Sequence record: OP114733 | Length of the DNA stretch: 64,000 bases | DNA from: Escherichia phage vB_EcoM-pEB20 | Direction: 5' to 3' (one strand) | Shown here: one piece after another, positions 35,992-44,664 of the stretch | Layout of the letters: each line of letters starts with the position of its first letter | Numbering within the stretch: position 1 is the first letter of the stretch | Made by a program: the position numbers and the translations under genes | The notes under the pieces: model-generated | Told to the model about the DNA's origin: nothing | The model's database searches: none | Seen by the model: the letters and a program-made list of their open reading frames with translations, nothing else

Positions 35992-36065
35992 GGCCCTGTA
36001 GCTCAACGGTTAGCAGCAGTCCCCTCATAAGGGAAAGGTTACCAGTTCGAATCTGGTCTGGGTCA
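35992..36065 (+). tRNA. tRNA with anticodon CAU (Ile2/Met type)
   Basis: cloverleaf folded by hand; anticodon loop CTCATAA; T-arm ACCAG-TTCGAAT-CTGGT; CCA not encoded. Confidence 0.7.
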
Positions 36066-36071
36066 TATATT

Positions 36072-36148
<77 letters not shown>

Positions 36149-36166
36149 ACTTTAAGTGAGGAAAAT

Positions 36167-36511
36167 ATGAAAGGCAATATTTATCTGGTAGTTCATGATT
36201 TAACGTTTTATTTTAACGAACATGATACAGTTATTTCAGGCCGATTGATTAATTTGTTATACCAACACGCAGATTACATCTATGTTCAAAATGAATTCGG
36301 CCATTGGAAGTTCATTAAAAACCGTTCCAGGTTAACTAGTTTTGAATACTTTGACCGTAAAGACCTTTTAAACGAAATTCCATTGCAACATCGGTTCCAG
36401 AAACGCGAATCATTATATTATTGCCGTCATATACCAAACGCCGAATGTGTTAATGAAGCGATTAATCTATGGCGTCGGCGTCGAGAGCAAATTGATGATA
36501 TGCCAAAATAA
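36167..36511 (+). CDS. hypothetical protein
   Basis: ATG MKGNIYL after GAGGAAAA; the longer track ORF would overlap tRNA-Arg. Confidence 0.5.
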   Translation: MKGNIYLVVHDLTFYFNEHDTVISGRLINLLYQHADYIYVQNEFGHWKFIKNRSRLTSFEYFDRKDLLNEIPLQHRFQKRESLYYCRHIPNAECVNEAINLWRRRREQIDDMPK

Positions 36512-36822
36512 GAAGCCGGGTCGCTACCGGCAAGTCGTCGGACTGATGTTCCCTGGGTAAGGACTAGCCTTAATAAATCTTTATGTTTTGTTAATGCTCC
36601 CTTACATCACAGCAGAAACGGCGCACAGAATTATCGATTCGAGGAAATATCTTTGCCGTAAGCCGAGTAGCGTTTTTGACGGAACGTTCGGATATGGTCG
36701 AGATATGGCCTTTTAAAAATATTAAGTAGCGTCAACTACTTAATAACCAGGTTCAAATCCCGGCGTTTCGTACAAACACTTGCCTTAGCAGGTGGAACCC
36801 CGACAAGGTTGCCGCAAGGCTT

Positions 36823-36853
36823 AGCCCCTTCCGAAAGGTTGGGGCTTTTTTTT
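36823..36853 (+). terminator. rho-independent terminator
   Basis: agcccc-ttccgaaaggtt-ggggct followed by TTTTTTTT. Confidence 0.7.
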
Positions 36854-36897
36854 GCATAATAATAAATAGATAAGTTAATTAACTTAGGAAAAGTAAC

Positions 36898-37362
36898 ATG
36901 AAATCATATGCAGAATTTTTGACTGAACAATCTAGTTCAGATGTAAAAGCCGCTGCGATTGCAGCAATTCAAGCAGGTAAATATTCTTACAAAGACGCCT
37001 CTGATGAAGAACGTTTCCGTTTTATTAGAGATTTTAAAGCCGAAGGTTTTACTAATGCTAATACTGTTAGCCGAGTTTTTAAAAGCCTAGCTGCGTCAGG
37101 TGAATTGTTCCAGAAAGCTACAGGTAAAGCACCTGCGCCAAAAACAGACCCTAAAGCAGCTCAAGAAAAAAATATCGCCAAAGGAATTATTTCTAAGTAT
37201 GAAGCAATTCTTAAAGAGCTTTTAGTAATCAAAACAGAAGGCCAGAAACTGGCACGAGCACATAGCTTCAAAGATAATCCTCACGCTCATAGCCTTGAGT
37301 ATGTTGAAGATATCCAAAAACTTATTAAAGACCGTATCTGGTCTGCTAAACAAATTAAATAA
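36898..37362 (+). CDS. internal protein (IPIII-like) with capsid-targeting sequence
   Basis: N-terminus MKSYAEFLTE; 154 aa Ala/Lys-rich. Confidence 0.65.
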   Translation: MKSYAEFLTEQSSSDVKAAAIAAIQAGKYSYKDASDEERFRFIRDFKAEGFTNANTVSRVFKSLAASGELFQKATGKAPAPKTDPKAAQEKNIAKGIISKYEAILKELLVIKTEGQKLARAHSFKDNPHAHSLEYVEDIQKLIKDRIWSAKQIK

Positions 37363-37367
37363 TAGAA

Positions 37368-37396
37368 TGCCCCTTCCTTATGGTTGGGGCCTTTTG
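37368..37396 (+). terminator. rho-independent terminator
   Basis: gcccc-ttccttatggtt-ggggc then CTTTTGG; same hairpin family as 36823 and 52604. Confidence 0.6.
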
Positions 37397-37428
37397 GTAT
37401 CTAGGGCATAAAAATATTTCATAAAGTT

Positions 37429-37458
37429 GTTTACTTCTTCCCTAGATGTGTTACTATA
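37429..37458 (+). promoter_or_regulatory. T4-type early promoter
   Basis: ataaagttGTTTAC then spacer then gtgTTACTAT; same architecture as 1330. Confidence 0.45.
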
Positions 37459-37485
37459 GACCTATCAAAACATGAGGAGAATATT

Positions 37486-37791
37486 ATGAGTCTTTACACT
37501 GAACTGAATAAAAAATCTGAAGAATCTGCTGAAACTATTTTTAAAAACGTGCAAAAGCGTATTTTAGAAAAGATGTATAACACCGCAGCTAAAGGTGAAA
37601 AATCTTGCCGGTTCCCGATGAGGTGTTCTTCCGATTTATGCGCAAATACTATTGAATGGCTGGAAAGTGAAGGTCTTACGGTAGAGAAAAACCCGGCGAC
37701 TTCTATTGACAGCGAATCATATATTAGTATTTCTTGGGATAAACCTCGTATGAATGAAGGACACTACAAGTTGTTAAGTTGGAAAAATTAA
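37486..37791 (+). CDS. hypothetical protein
   Basis: 101 aa ORF after SD GAGGAG. Confidence 0.5.
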   Translation: MSLYTELNKKSEESAETIFKNVQKRILEKMYNTAAKGEKSCRFPMRCSSDLCANTIEWLESEGLTVEKNPATSIDSESYISISWDKPRMNEGHYKLLSWKN

Positions 37792-37859
37792 AAATAATGA
37801 TGTACAAGCACCAAGGATGGTGATACTATAGACTTATCAACTACAGAGGAGTAAACAAA

Positions 37860-38024
37860 ATGACTACTTTAATTATTTGGTTTGATGAAAATGAAGAAAC
37901 ATACTGTGTGAATATTGGTGAAAGTCCAATGCCTGAATTTGAATCCTCGGATAAAAACTCTGTTGTATCTTGGGCTGAAGGTTATAAAGCAGCTAAAGGT
38001 GACGTTGAAATAATTTACATCTAA
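37860..38024 (+). CDS. small hypothetical protein (54 aa)
   Basis: manually found; leader and first two codons identical to the ORF at 1390. Confidence 0.4.
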   Translation: MTTLIIWFDENEETYCVNIGESPMPEFESSDKNSVVSWAEGYKAAKGDVEIIYI

Positions 38025-38070
38025 GTAAGTTTATGTTATAGTAATCACAACAAATCAAGAGGAAAACAAA

Positions 38071-38298
38071 ATGGCTAAAGTTAGTATTGATGTCGTTGAT
38101 TATGAATACACTGAAGAAGTTATTCGCAACCGTCACCCTGAAGTTCGTATCGATTCAGTCCAAGATTCCAAGTTCTGGACAACCGAGCTTAATCTGAGTG
38201 GTCCTTATGAAGCTGTTAAGAAGTTCATGGTTGAAGAATACTGCGAAGGCATGCACCCCGAAGACGCCAAGTTTTATGTCAATTTGATTAAAAAATAA
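38071..38298 (+). CDS. hypothetical protein
   Basis: 75 aa ORF. Confidence 0.5.
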   Translation: MAKVSIDVVDYEYTEEVIRNRHPEVRIDSVQDSKFWTTELNLSGPYEAVKKFMVEEYCEGMHPEDAKFYVNLIKK

Positions 38299-38335
38299 TT
38301 TACAAACTCTTGAGAGCAGAGTATAATGCTCTCAT
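38298..38335 (+). promoter_or_regulatory. early promoter with -10 inside a stem-loop
   Basis: ATTTACA then spacer then TATAAT; inverted repeat gagagca/tgctctc flanks the -10. Confidence 0.45.
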
Positions 38336-38368
38336 TGGATAATAAACCACCAATTGAAAGGTAATAAT

Positions 38369-38962
38369 ATGAACACACTGAAGAAACTTGTTGAATTCAT
38401 CCGCACTAAACTGGGTACTGCTATGGCTAAAAATCTGACTGTCGAAGAACAGTATAACGCAGCTGCAGATAAGTTGATTACCCAAATCAAAGAACTAAAA
38501 ACAGCTTCTGTTAAATCTATTAATGAAGAAAAACGTATTCGCGAACTTGTTAATGAAAAGAACAAGCAAGCCGCTTCTAAGGAACGTGAAATTCGTAAGC
38601 TCTTGGCTGAAGGACAAGATGTTACCATGCATGCTAAGCTTGGTCTTCTGTATCGTCGAACTGCCGAACAACTTAATACAAAAGCTGACGGATATGCCGC
38701 TATGCGAATTGAAATTGCTCGTAAGGTGGTTGAACTTGACGATGCTCGTCAGAACCTGGCAATCAAACTCGAATACATTCGTGAAACTCGAGCAGCCAAT
38801 GCCCTTGGTATCTCTACGGCCGATGATGTAATTGAAATCGCTGCACTGACTAAGGTTGATATCGAAGACACTCTGACTCGTGTTGAAACGTTCAATGGCA
38901 CTCCAGTCGGCGTCGAAACCACTTCTGCTGATGTACAAGAATATATTAACTCTTTGAAATAA
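38369..38962 (+). CDS. coiled-coil protein (possible PspA/IM30-like fold)
   Basis: about 197 aa of heptad-like helical sequence. Confidence 0.5.
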   Translation: MNTLKKLVEFIRTKLGTAMAKNLTVEEQYNAAADKLITQIKELKTASVKSINEEKRIRELVNEKNKQAASKEREIRKLLAEGQDVTMHAKLGLLYRRTAEQLNTKADGYAAMRIEIARKVVELDDARQNLAIKLEYIRETRAANALGISTADDVIEIAALTKVDIEDTLTRVETFNGTPVGVETTSADVQEYINSLK

Positions 38963-38968
38963 AATAAT

Positions 38969-38990
38969 ACGGAGGACTCCGGTCCTCCTT
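38969..38990 (+). terminator. rho-independent terminator
   Basis: ggaggac-tccg-gtcctcc followed by TTTT. Confidence 0.65.
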
Positions 38991-39011
38991 TTGGATAATA
39001 AAGGAGTTAAC

Positions 39012-39614
39012 ATGCGAAACCAAAATAATGATATTGACTCAATGTTCGAAGAGTTCCGAGATAAGGTAAATCCACCTACGTCTTTAGTTGATTCATTACG
39101 ATATGTTGCAACCGGACGTAAATGGTACTGGTCGTCTTCTTATGAGACCGCCGAGAAAACGGCTAGCCATAGCAGAAAATCTTTATTAGCCCCAGGTATT
39201 ATGATTCATGATATCGGAGCTATTGCTAAACTAGTTGCAGACCATGATATTAGATTCACTGATTTCGTTGCTCCTACGTGGTCTGTTTGTTGTTTAAACA
39301 CTGAATGGGAATATATCAGCGAACGCTCTGAAGATTATTATGGTTTTAGAGATAAGCTTCTGAGGTCTAATATGTTTTATATCGATACAGAAGTTCTAGT
39401 CGATAATAAAAAATATTACTTTACGTTAATCATCGATTCTGAAACTATGTATGAAGGCAAGCCTTTGCTTAAAAGAGTTGATGCTTTAAGTGCTATTGAT
39501 GCGCTTTATGAAACTATGGTTGTTAGTCCTAATTTCACTAACAATTTAATCCTTGAGCAATTTATTATGGAATGTAGAGAATATGTCAAAGCCAACCCTA
39601 TACATGCCAAGTAA
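39012..39614 (+). CDS. hypothetical protein
   Basis: ATG MRNQNN after AAGGAG; C-terminus contains EQFIMECREY. Confidence 0.55.
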   Translation: MRNQNNDIDSMFEEFRDKVNPPTSLVDSLRYVATGRKWYWSSSYETAEKTASHSRKSLLAPGIMIHDIGAIAKLVADHDIRFTDFVAPTWSVCCLNTEWEYISERSEDYYGFRDKLLRSNMFYIDTEVLVDNKKYYFTLIIDSETMYEGKPLLKRVDALSAIDALYETMVVSPNFTNNLILEQFIMECREYVKANPIHAK

Positions 39615-39978
39615 GCCCTGGGCATACGAATACAAACGTAAATTAATCCCAAATGAAGTACTATTTGGCCCTATTTTAGCTTTAGCATTTTTAATCTTTA
39701 TGATTATAGGAGCTATTTTAGATTCTAGTGAAGTTATATCGTCTGATGCAGTGTTTTTACTTATTATAGTCGGGTCGTTTATTGTGCCATTTTTATTAAT
39801 GCCTATTAATTGGGTAGGATATTGGCACCAAGGCCGTCATCACAGAGCCCGATTAAGAGAATGGAAAGTTCAGTGCGCAAAAGCCCAAGCTCAGTATGAT
39901 GAAGCTGTTAAAAAGTATGAATATGAAGAAGCTATGGAATTCGTTAAGGAAATAAGATGCAAAAGCCTCAACTCTTAA
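39583..39978 (+). CDS. membrane protein
   Basis: two hydrophobic helices; C-terminal EFVKEIRCK. Confidence 0.5.
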   Translation: MSKPTLYMPSKPWAYEYKRKLIPNEVLFGPILALAFLIFMIIGAILDSSEVISSDAVFLLIIVGSFIVPFLLMPINWVGYWHQGRHHRARLREWKVQCAKAQAQYDEAVKKYEYEEAMEFVKEIRCKSLNS

Positions 39979-40316
39979 CCGTATGGCCTTCTCTTGGTGA
40001 GAACATTCTAATTTTTATTATGAGTATTGGCATGGGATTTGCCTTTGGATTAGTTGGATTTCTTATTGACGGCGTTGTGTTAGGATTTATAGGGAACACT
40101 GGTGGATTCACAGACCAATGGCAGGACTTACGATATACTCAAGCCTTTGCATCCATTGCATCATTTTGTACTATAGTCTATTTTTACTACGATTTTATAA
40201 ACCATAACAAGAAAAATAAAAAGGTTTACGCTTCTCAAATGATTAGTTATAATGAACTCCTAGCTAGACGTGAAAATGAAACAATCGAAAACTTTATTAA
40301 GGAATGTAGAAAATGA
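39957..40316 (+). CDS. membrane protein
   Basis: 119 aa, two transmembrane helices; C-terminal ENFIKECRK. Confidence 0.55.
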   Translation: MQKPQLLTVWPSLGENILIFIMSIGMGFAFGLVGFLIDGVVLGFIGNTGGFTDQWQDLRYTQAFASIASFCTIVYFYYDFINHNKKNKKVYASQMISYNELLARRENETIENFIKECRK

Positions 40317-40618
40317 GTAAGATTATTGAAATTAAAGTACCAGAGTTTAATGATGCCAAATCCGCTTCAGATGCAATTTATAAACTTCTGAATCAAGCTG
40401 AACGTATCGAAGAAGAAGCAACAAAGATCGCAGACCAATATGCCGTATCATTTTCTGTAGGTGATTATGGTAGCGGTCGTACTTATTATCCTAAGGGTGA
40501 AATCGTATCCCAGTGGATGAAAGATGAAATTGAAAATAATGGTGGCGATGTTAAGCGTGAAGGTAATGGTTACGTTATTACTGAAGGTGCTTGGGTTTCG
40601 TCTTCTGCGTTGTGCTAA
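40313..40618 (+). CDS. small protein, GWVSSSxxC family, paralog 1
   Basis: 101 aa ending GAWVSSSALC. Confidence 0.55.
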   Translation: MSKIIEIKVPEFNDAKSASDAIYKLLNQAERIEEEATKIADQYAVSFSVGDYGSGRTYYPKGEIVSQWMKDEIENNGGDVKREGNGYVITEGAWVSSSALC

Positions 40619-40627
40619 GGAATCATT

Positions 40628-40900
40628 ATGTCTAAAGAACAAACCGAACTGGCTGAAGCTGTAGCAAAAATCTATGCAGCTATTGAGGCTGCCAAAGAAA
40701 TTGCTGATAAACAAAACACAACATTCGACTTGTACCCAGCTTATGGTATGGGTGGAACCTATCATTCACCCGGACATCTTAAAGCCGATCTTGAACGTTG
40801 TACAAAAAACGGCTATGCTGAATGGGCTGACGTTTACCAATACGACTACAACCTGAGCCTTGAAGATGGCGGTTGGGTTGCATCTTCTCACACTTGCTAA
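40628..40900 (+). CDS. small protein, GWVSSSxxC family, paralog 2
   Basis: 90 aa ending GGWVASSHTC. Confidence 0.55.
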   Translation: MSKEQTELAEAVAKIYAAIEAAKEIADKQNTTFDLYPAYGMGGTYHSPGHLKADLERCTKNGYAEWADVYQYDYNLSLEDGGWVASSHTC

Positions 40901-40909
40901 GGAAACAAT

Positions 40910-41107
40910 ATGTCTCGTGAATTAGATTGTGCTGTACGTACGGCAGTAGCTGCTCTGGAAAACCTGTTCCAAATTGCAACAGAAGAACGCGAAGAAGTTA
41001 CATTATGGATTGAAGATAACGCAGGTCTGAATCTCCAGGACGCGATCTCATTATCCCACAATAGTATCACTGTTCAAGGCTGGGTATCATCTAGTTATTC
41101 TTGCTAA
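40910..41107 (+). CDS. small protein, GWVSSSxxC family, paralog 3
   Basis: 65 aa ending QGWVSSSYSC. Confidence 0.55.
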   Translation: MSRELDCAVRTAVAALENLFQIATEEREEVTLWIEDNAGLNLQDAISLSHNSITVQGWVSSSYSC

Positions 41108-41111
41108 AACA

Positions 41112-41140
41112 GTTTACAACAAGATAGGGCTATGTTATAG
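41112..41140 (+). promoter_or_regulatory. early promoter in stem-loop cassette (PeSL-like)
   Basis: GTTTACA; inverted repeat atagggcta/tagtcctat around the -10. Confidence 0.45.
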
Positions 41141-41169
41141 TAGTCCTATCAAAACAAATGGAGTCCACA

Positions 41170-41409
41170 ATGATTTATTACGAAAGTATCGGAACCAAAG
41201 TGGTTGGTAAAACCATTACTCGTGAAAAGTTTGCAAAGATATTCGATATGCGTTATAAAAAATCTGAACACAAAGGCATCCGATTCGAAGATGCGCACTG
41301 TACAATTTGCCCTTATAATGAAGACATAAACGGTACAATCGTTCCATTGGTAGAGGCTTCACATGATGACCTCTGGGATGAATATGATATCGCATGTCGT
41401 GAAATTTAA
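41170..41409 (+). CDS. hypothetical protein
   Basis: ATG MIYYESIG after AAATGGAG. Confidence 0.5.
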   Translation: MIYYESIGTKVVGKTITREKFAKIFDMRYKKSEHKGIRFEDAHCTICPYNEDINGTIVPLVEASHDDLWDEYDIACREI

Positions 41410-41437
41410 GTTAATGAATTAATCCGAGGAAAATATT

Positions 41438-42394
41438 ATGATGTTGGTTATTGGTTCTCGTGCACTTCACTATCACGGTCTTATTGATTCTAGCGCTATT
41501 AAAAATAGTGATTGGGACTTTATTGCGGACCAATGTTCTTGGAATGCATTCAAAAATCAAATGATGGGTGTATATGTTCACCAAGATAACCCTGATGTCC
41601 AAGTTTTCAAATGCTTCCATAATGGACGCGAAACTCATTTTGAAGCATATATTGTTCCGGCAATCACTAATGTCCGTGAATTAGTCGGTGAACTCACTCC
41701 TGAAGATTTCACGTCTTCTTATGACCTTTTAAAATACGCCAAGAAAAATTTGACTAAAGACCGTTTGAACGGGTTTTACTGGGCAACTCCTGAGATATGT
41801 CTTGCAATTAAGATGTCTCATCGTTTCAAGAAAAATAATCCATTCTTTTTAAAGACTATGAACCATATTCAGTATCTTCGTGGTAAAGGTGTTACACTGG
41901 ACGATGAACTTACTGAAATTATGCTGAAACGCCAGAAAGAAACCTTGAATTATGCTCACCCAGTTCTTGACACTTCTAAAAGTGCGTTCTTTAAAGATGA
42001 CATCTATACATATGACCATGATACTATTCATGAAGCCATTGCACTAACAGACCGTCCAGCGTATACATTTTACATGAAAGATGGTTCTGAAGTCATGACC
42101 TCACGCGAGAAGTTCGAATCATTACCAGAAATGGTCAAATTGGCTGGTGTATACGAAGAATCATGTGTACTAGCGTTAGAACGTTCTCAGATTCCTAATA
42201 ACTTTGAAATCCATCCACGTGATAGTTTTATGATGGCTCTTGAAAAGGTCTGTACTTCAATCACATCAGGTTGGTTCCGTGAATACGCCTGGGAAAACCA
42301 CAGCAAAGTAGTAAGTATGTACCAAAGCTTAGGACATGACGATTACGTCAAACGTTTCAAACAAAATTTCCATATGGTAAAACCTTTCAAATAA
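41438..42394 (+). CDS. hypothetical protein with weak nucleotidyltransferase-like N-terminus
   Basis: 318 aa; N-terminal GS...DWDF resembles a GS-x-DxD motif with non-canonical spacing. Confidence 0.5.
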   Translation: MMLVIGSRALHYHGLIDSSAIKNSDWDFIADQCSWNAFKNQMMGVYVHQDNPDVQVFKCFHNGRETHFEAYIVPAITNVRELVGELTPEDFTSSYDLLKYAKKNLTKDRLNGFYWATPEICLAIKMSHRFKKNNPFFLKTMNHIQYLRGKGVTLDDELTEIMLKRQKETLNYAHPVLDTSKSAFFKDDIYTYDHDTIHEAIALTDRPAYTFYMKDGSEVMTSREKFESLPEMVKLAGVYEESCVLALERSQIPNNFEIHPRDSFMMALEKVCTSITSGWFREYAWENHSKVVSMYQSLGHDDYVKRFKQNFHMVKPFK

Positions 42395-42406
42395 TTTCGC
42401 AAAACT

Positions 42407-42436
42407 GTTTACATCTTGATAGGACTATGTTATAGT
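42407..42436 (+). promoter_or_regulatory. early promoter in stem-loop cassette (PeSL-like)
   Basis: GTTTACA; ataggacta/tagtcctat inverted repeat. Confidence 0.45.
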
Positions 42437-42464
42437 AGTCCTATTAAAACATGAGGAGAATATT

Positions 42465-42770
42465 ATGAAATTAGGCGAAACCAACCGAATTGGTCTTTTA
42501 ACAATATTTGTATCACTTTTTTACGCAGCTCTTTCTGTTGCAGTATTACAAAAGGCTTACAGTATGGATGGTGTTCCTGGTTTTGTATTCTTATCGCCGT
42601 TTTTGCTATTCGTTGGAGCATTGTTATTATATGCCACGACTAGTTTCGACCATAATGTCTGGGTCAATTATAAATGTAAATTGTCTGAAGAAGAACACGC
42701 AGAAGCTCGTAAAAAAGCTATTGAATCTACCAATCTAGAAAATTTCATTAAAGAATGTCGAGGAAAATAA
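42465..42770 (+). CDS. membrane protein
   Basis: 101 aa, two transmembrane helices; C-terminal ENFIKECRGK. Confidence 0.55.
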   Translation: MKLGETNRIGLLTIFVSLFYAALSVAVLQKAYSMDGVPGFVFLSPFLLFVGALLLYATTSFDHNVWVNYKCKLSEEEHAEARKKAIESTNLENFIKECRGK

Positions 42771-42771
42771 T

Positions 42772-43458
42772 ATGAATAGTTCTAAAGTGTTTAATAGTCA
42801 AGCTCGTGCAGTAGGTGGTTTTGCTCATGCGATTAAAAATGACCAGATTAAAAACGAGCCTATGTTCTTTAACTGCGATTTGAATTTTGCTTTTGATAAT
42901 GGCGGCCCAATTACTCGTAGCTTTATCCAAAATCTTCCTGACGATTGGAAAGACTCGGATGTAGTATTTGATTCACGAGTCCACATGTTGATGCCTGGTT
43001 GGTATCCTGCTATCCCAGGTTATCACCATGACGATGTACCACGCCCGGATATTCCGGTTGGTCAACATTTTATTACTGCAGGACAACCTGACTATGACAA
43101 CCCTCGTTACCATTCTGAACATATTCTTGGTCTTGTTAACGCTGATGTGTGTCCTACTCATTTTGCAACAGGAACTGCAGAGTTCAGTCAGATTCCTGAT
43201 GGCGAACTTATCTATCGCCAGTGGCACAAAGAAGTCCTCGAAAAAATTGAAAAAGGTGAACTAGAGAAATGGGAAGCTCCAGACCGTACTCTTCTTCAGT
43301 TTGATTGGCAAACATGGCACACTGGCTCTCATGCAATTAGTAATGGATGGCGTTGGTTCGGACGTGTATCTCGTAATACAGACCGAGTTAAAAAGATTAC
43401 CAATGAAATTCGTGTCAATGCTCAAGTTTATCTGGAATTCCCTATGGAAGGCTGGTAA
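42772..43458 (+). CDS. hypothetical protein with His/Asp cluster
   Basis: 228 aa; segment HMLMPGWYPAIPGYHHDDV could be a metal site. Confidence 0.5.
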   Translation: MNSSKVFNSQARAVGGFAHAIKNDQIKNEPMFFNCDLNFAFDNGGPITRSFIQNLPDDWKDSDVVFDSRVHMLMPGWYPAIPGYHHDDVPRPDIPVGQHFITAGQPDYDNPRYHSEHILGLVNADVCPTHFATGTAEFSQIPDGELIYRQWHKEVLEKIEKGELEKWEAPDRTLLQFDWQTWHTGSHAISNGWRWFGRVSRNTDRVKKITNEIRVNAQVYLEFPMEGW

Positions 43459-43949
43459 TGATTAACAAAACATATTGGTCTAATATTGACGACGGCAATG
43501 AAGGTATTTCGTACTATTCAGTGGATTGGACAGGATGTCCATCCTACTTAGTGAAACATATTTGCCAAGAATTTAAAATCGACCAGCCAGCAGGTATTAT
43601 TGTGAACAGATACATTAATGGATATCAACCTATCGATGAAGTAATACGAACAACTCAAGCTGAGCTTGAAAAGTTTTTCAATAAGTGCCAATGGATAACA
43701 GGATGGATTATATTTGTACCGTCGGTATGGTTTTTTAGTACTAAGGTGAGTTCTTTCGGTTTTGTTGATATTACTGCTATCTTATTAGCATCTAGTATCA
43801 TAAGTGTTGTTGGTGGCATCATTGGCGGCGGTGCCGCCGCTATCATTATTAATCTTATTAAAAGTAGTTTACAAGAACGTAAAGACAAGATAAAAGCCAA
43901 GAATAATGAAGTTGAACGTTTTATTACCGAATGCAGGAATTTGAGATGA
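43458..43949 (+). CDS. membrane protein
   Basis: 163 aa with hydrophobic core; C-terminal ERFITECRNLR. Confidence 0.55.
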   Translation: MINKTYWSNIDDGNEGISYYSVDWTGCPSYLVKHICQEFKIDQPAGIIVNRYINGYQPIDEVIRTTQAELEKFFNKCQWITGWIIFVPSVWFFSTKVSSFGFVDITAILLASSIISVVGGIIGGGAAAIIINLIKSSLQERKDKIKAKNNEVERFITECRNLR

Positions 43950-44182
43950 GTATAGCAATTTACATTAAATCAGAATCATGTGATAGTTATCTGTACACAT
44001 ACGATAAAGATGTGTCAGAAGAAAAAATCAAAGACGACCTTAATATGGACCTTGATATGTTCTGTCCTATTGCAGATTACAAACTTGCGGTCTCTAATAG
44101 TGAAAGTCCATCTAAAGAAACGCGCATTGAAGAATTTATGTCCGAATTAATGGCCAAATCATGGGACCGAGATGATGAGTAA
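43946..44182 (+). CDS. hypothetical protein
   Basis: ATGA overlap with upstream stop; about 78 aa. Confidence 0.45.
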   Translation: MSIAIYIKSESCDSYLYTYDKDVSEEKIKDDLNMDLDMFCPIADYKLAVSNSESPSKETRIEEFMSELMAKSWDRDDE

Positions 44183-44630
44183 GAAAAATAAAGTGAAAGA
44201 ACTATCAGCCGGTATTATTTTCCTTACCGAAGATAAAGAATTATTCATGGGGCGTGTAACTGGTTCTCGTCCTAAAGGTTCTTTAGCTCATCGGTGGGAT
44301 ATTCCTAAAGGACGTGTCGAGCCCGGTGAATCTCCTATTGAAGCCGCTATTCGCGAATGCGAAGAAGAAACTGGGTTTACACAATATGACCCTGCCTTCC
44401 TGAAAGACCTAGGTGAACATCATTACTCAGACAATAAGAATATTCATCTGTTCCTATATACCATCCCTGTAGAGCACGAGCAATTCAGAAACAGTGTTTG
44501 TAATTCCTATCATACATTCCCAGACGGACGACAGATTCCTGAATTTGATGCATTCGCTTTAATTAAACCTTCTCAATGGGAATATGTAATGGGCAAATCA
44601 TTATATAGGGTGCTCACTACCCTCCTATAA
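44172..44630 (+). CDS. nudE: Nudix hydrolase NudE (e.1)
   Basis: Nudix box GRVEPGESPIEAAIRECEEETGF; adjacent to lysozyme e. Confidence 0.85.
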   Translation: MMSKKNKVKELSAGIIFLTEDKELFMGRVTGSRPKGSLAHRWDIPKGRVEPGESPIEAAIRECEEETGFTQYDPAFLKDLGEHHYSDNKNIHLFLYTIPVEHEQFRNSVCNSYHTFPDGRQIPEFDAFALIKPSQWEYVMGKSLYRVLTTLL

Positions 44631-44638
44631 GTAATAAA

Positions 44639-44662
44639 TACCTCCTATAAACATGGGAGGTA
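44639..44662 (+). promoter_or_regulatory. stem-loop sequestering the lysozyme ribosome-binding site
   Basis: tacctcc-tataaacatg-ggaggta pairs the SD GGAGG 5 nt before the e ATG. Confidence 0.6.
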
Positions 44663-44664
44663 TT

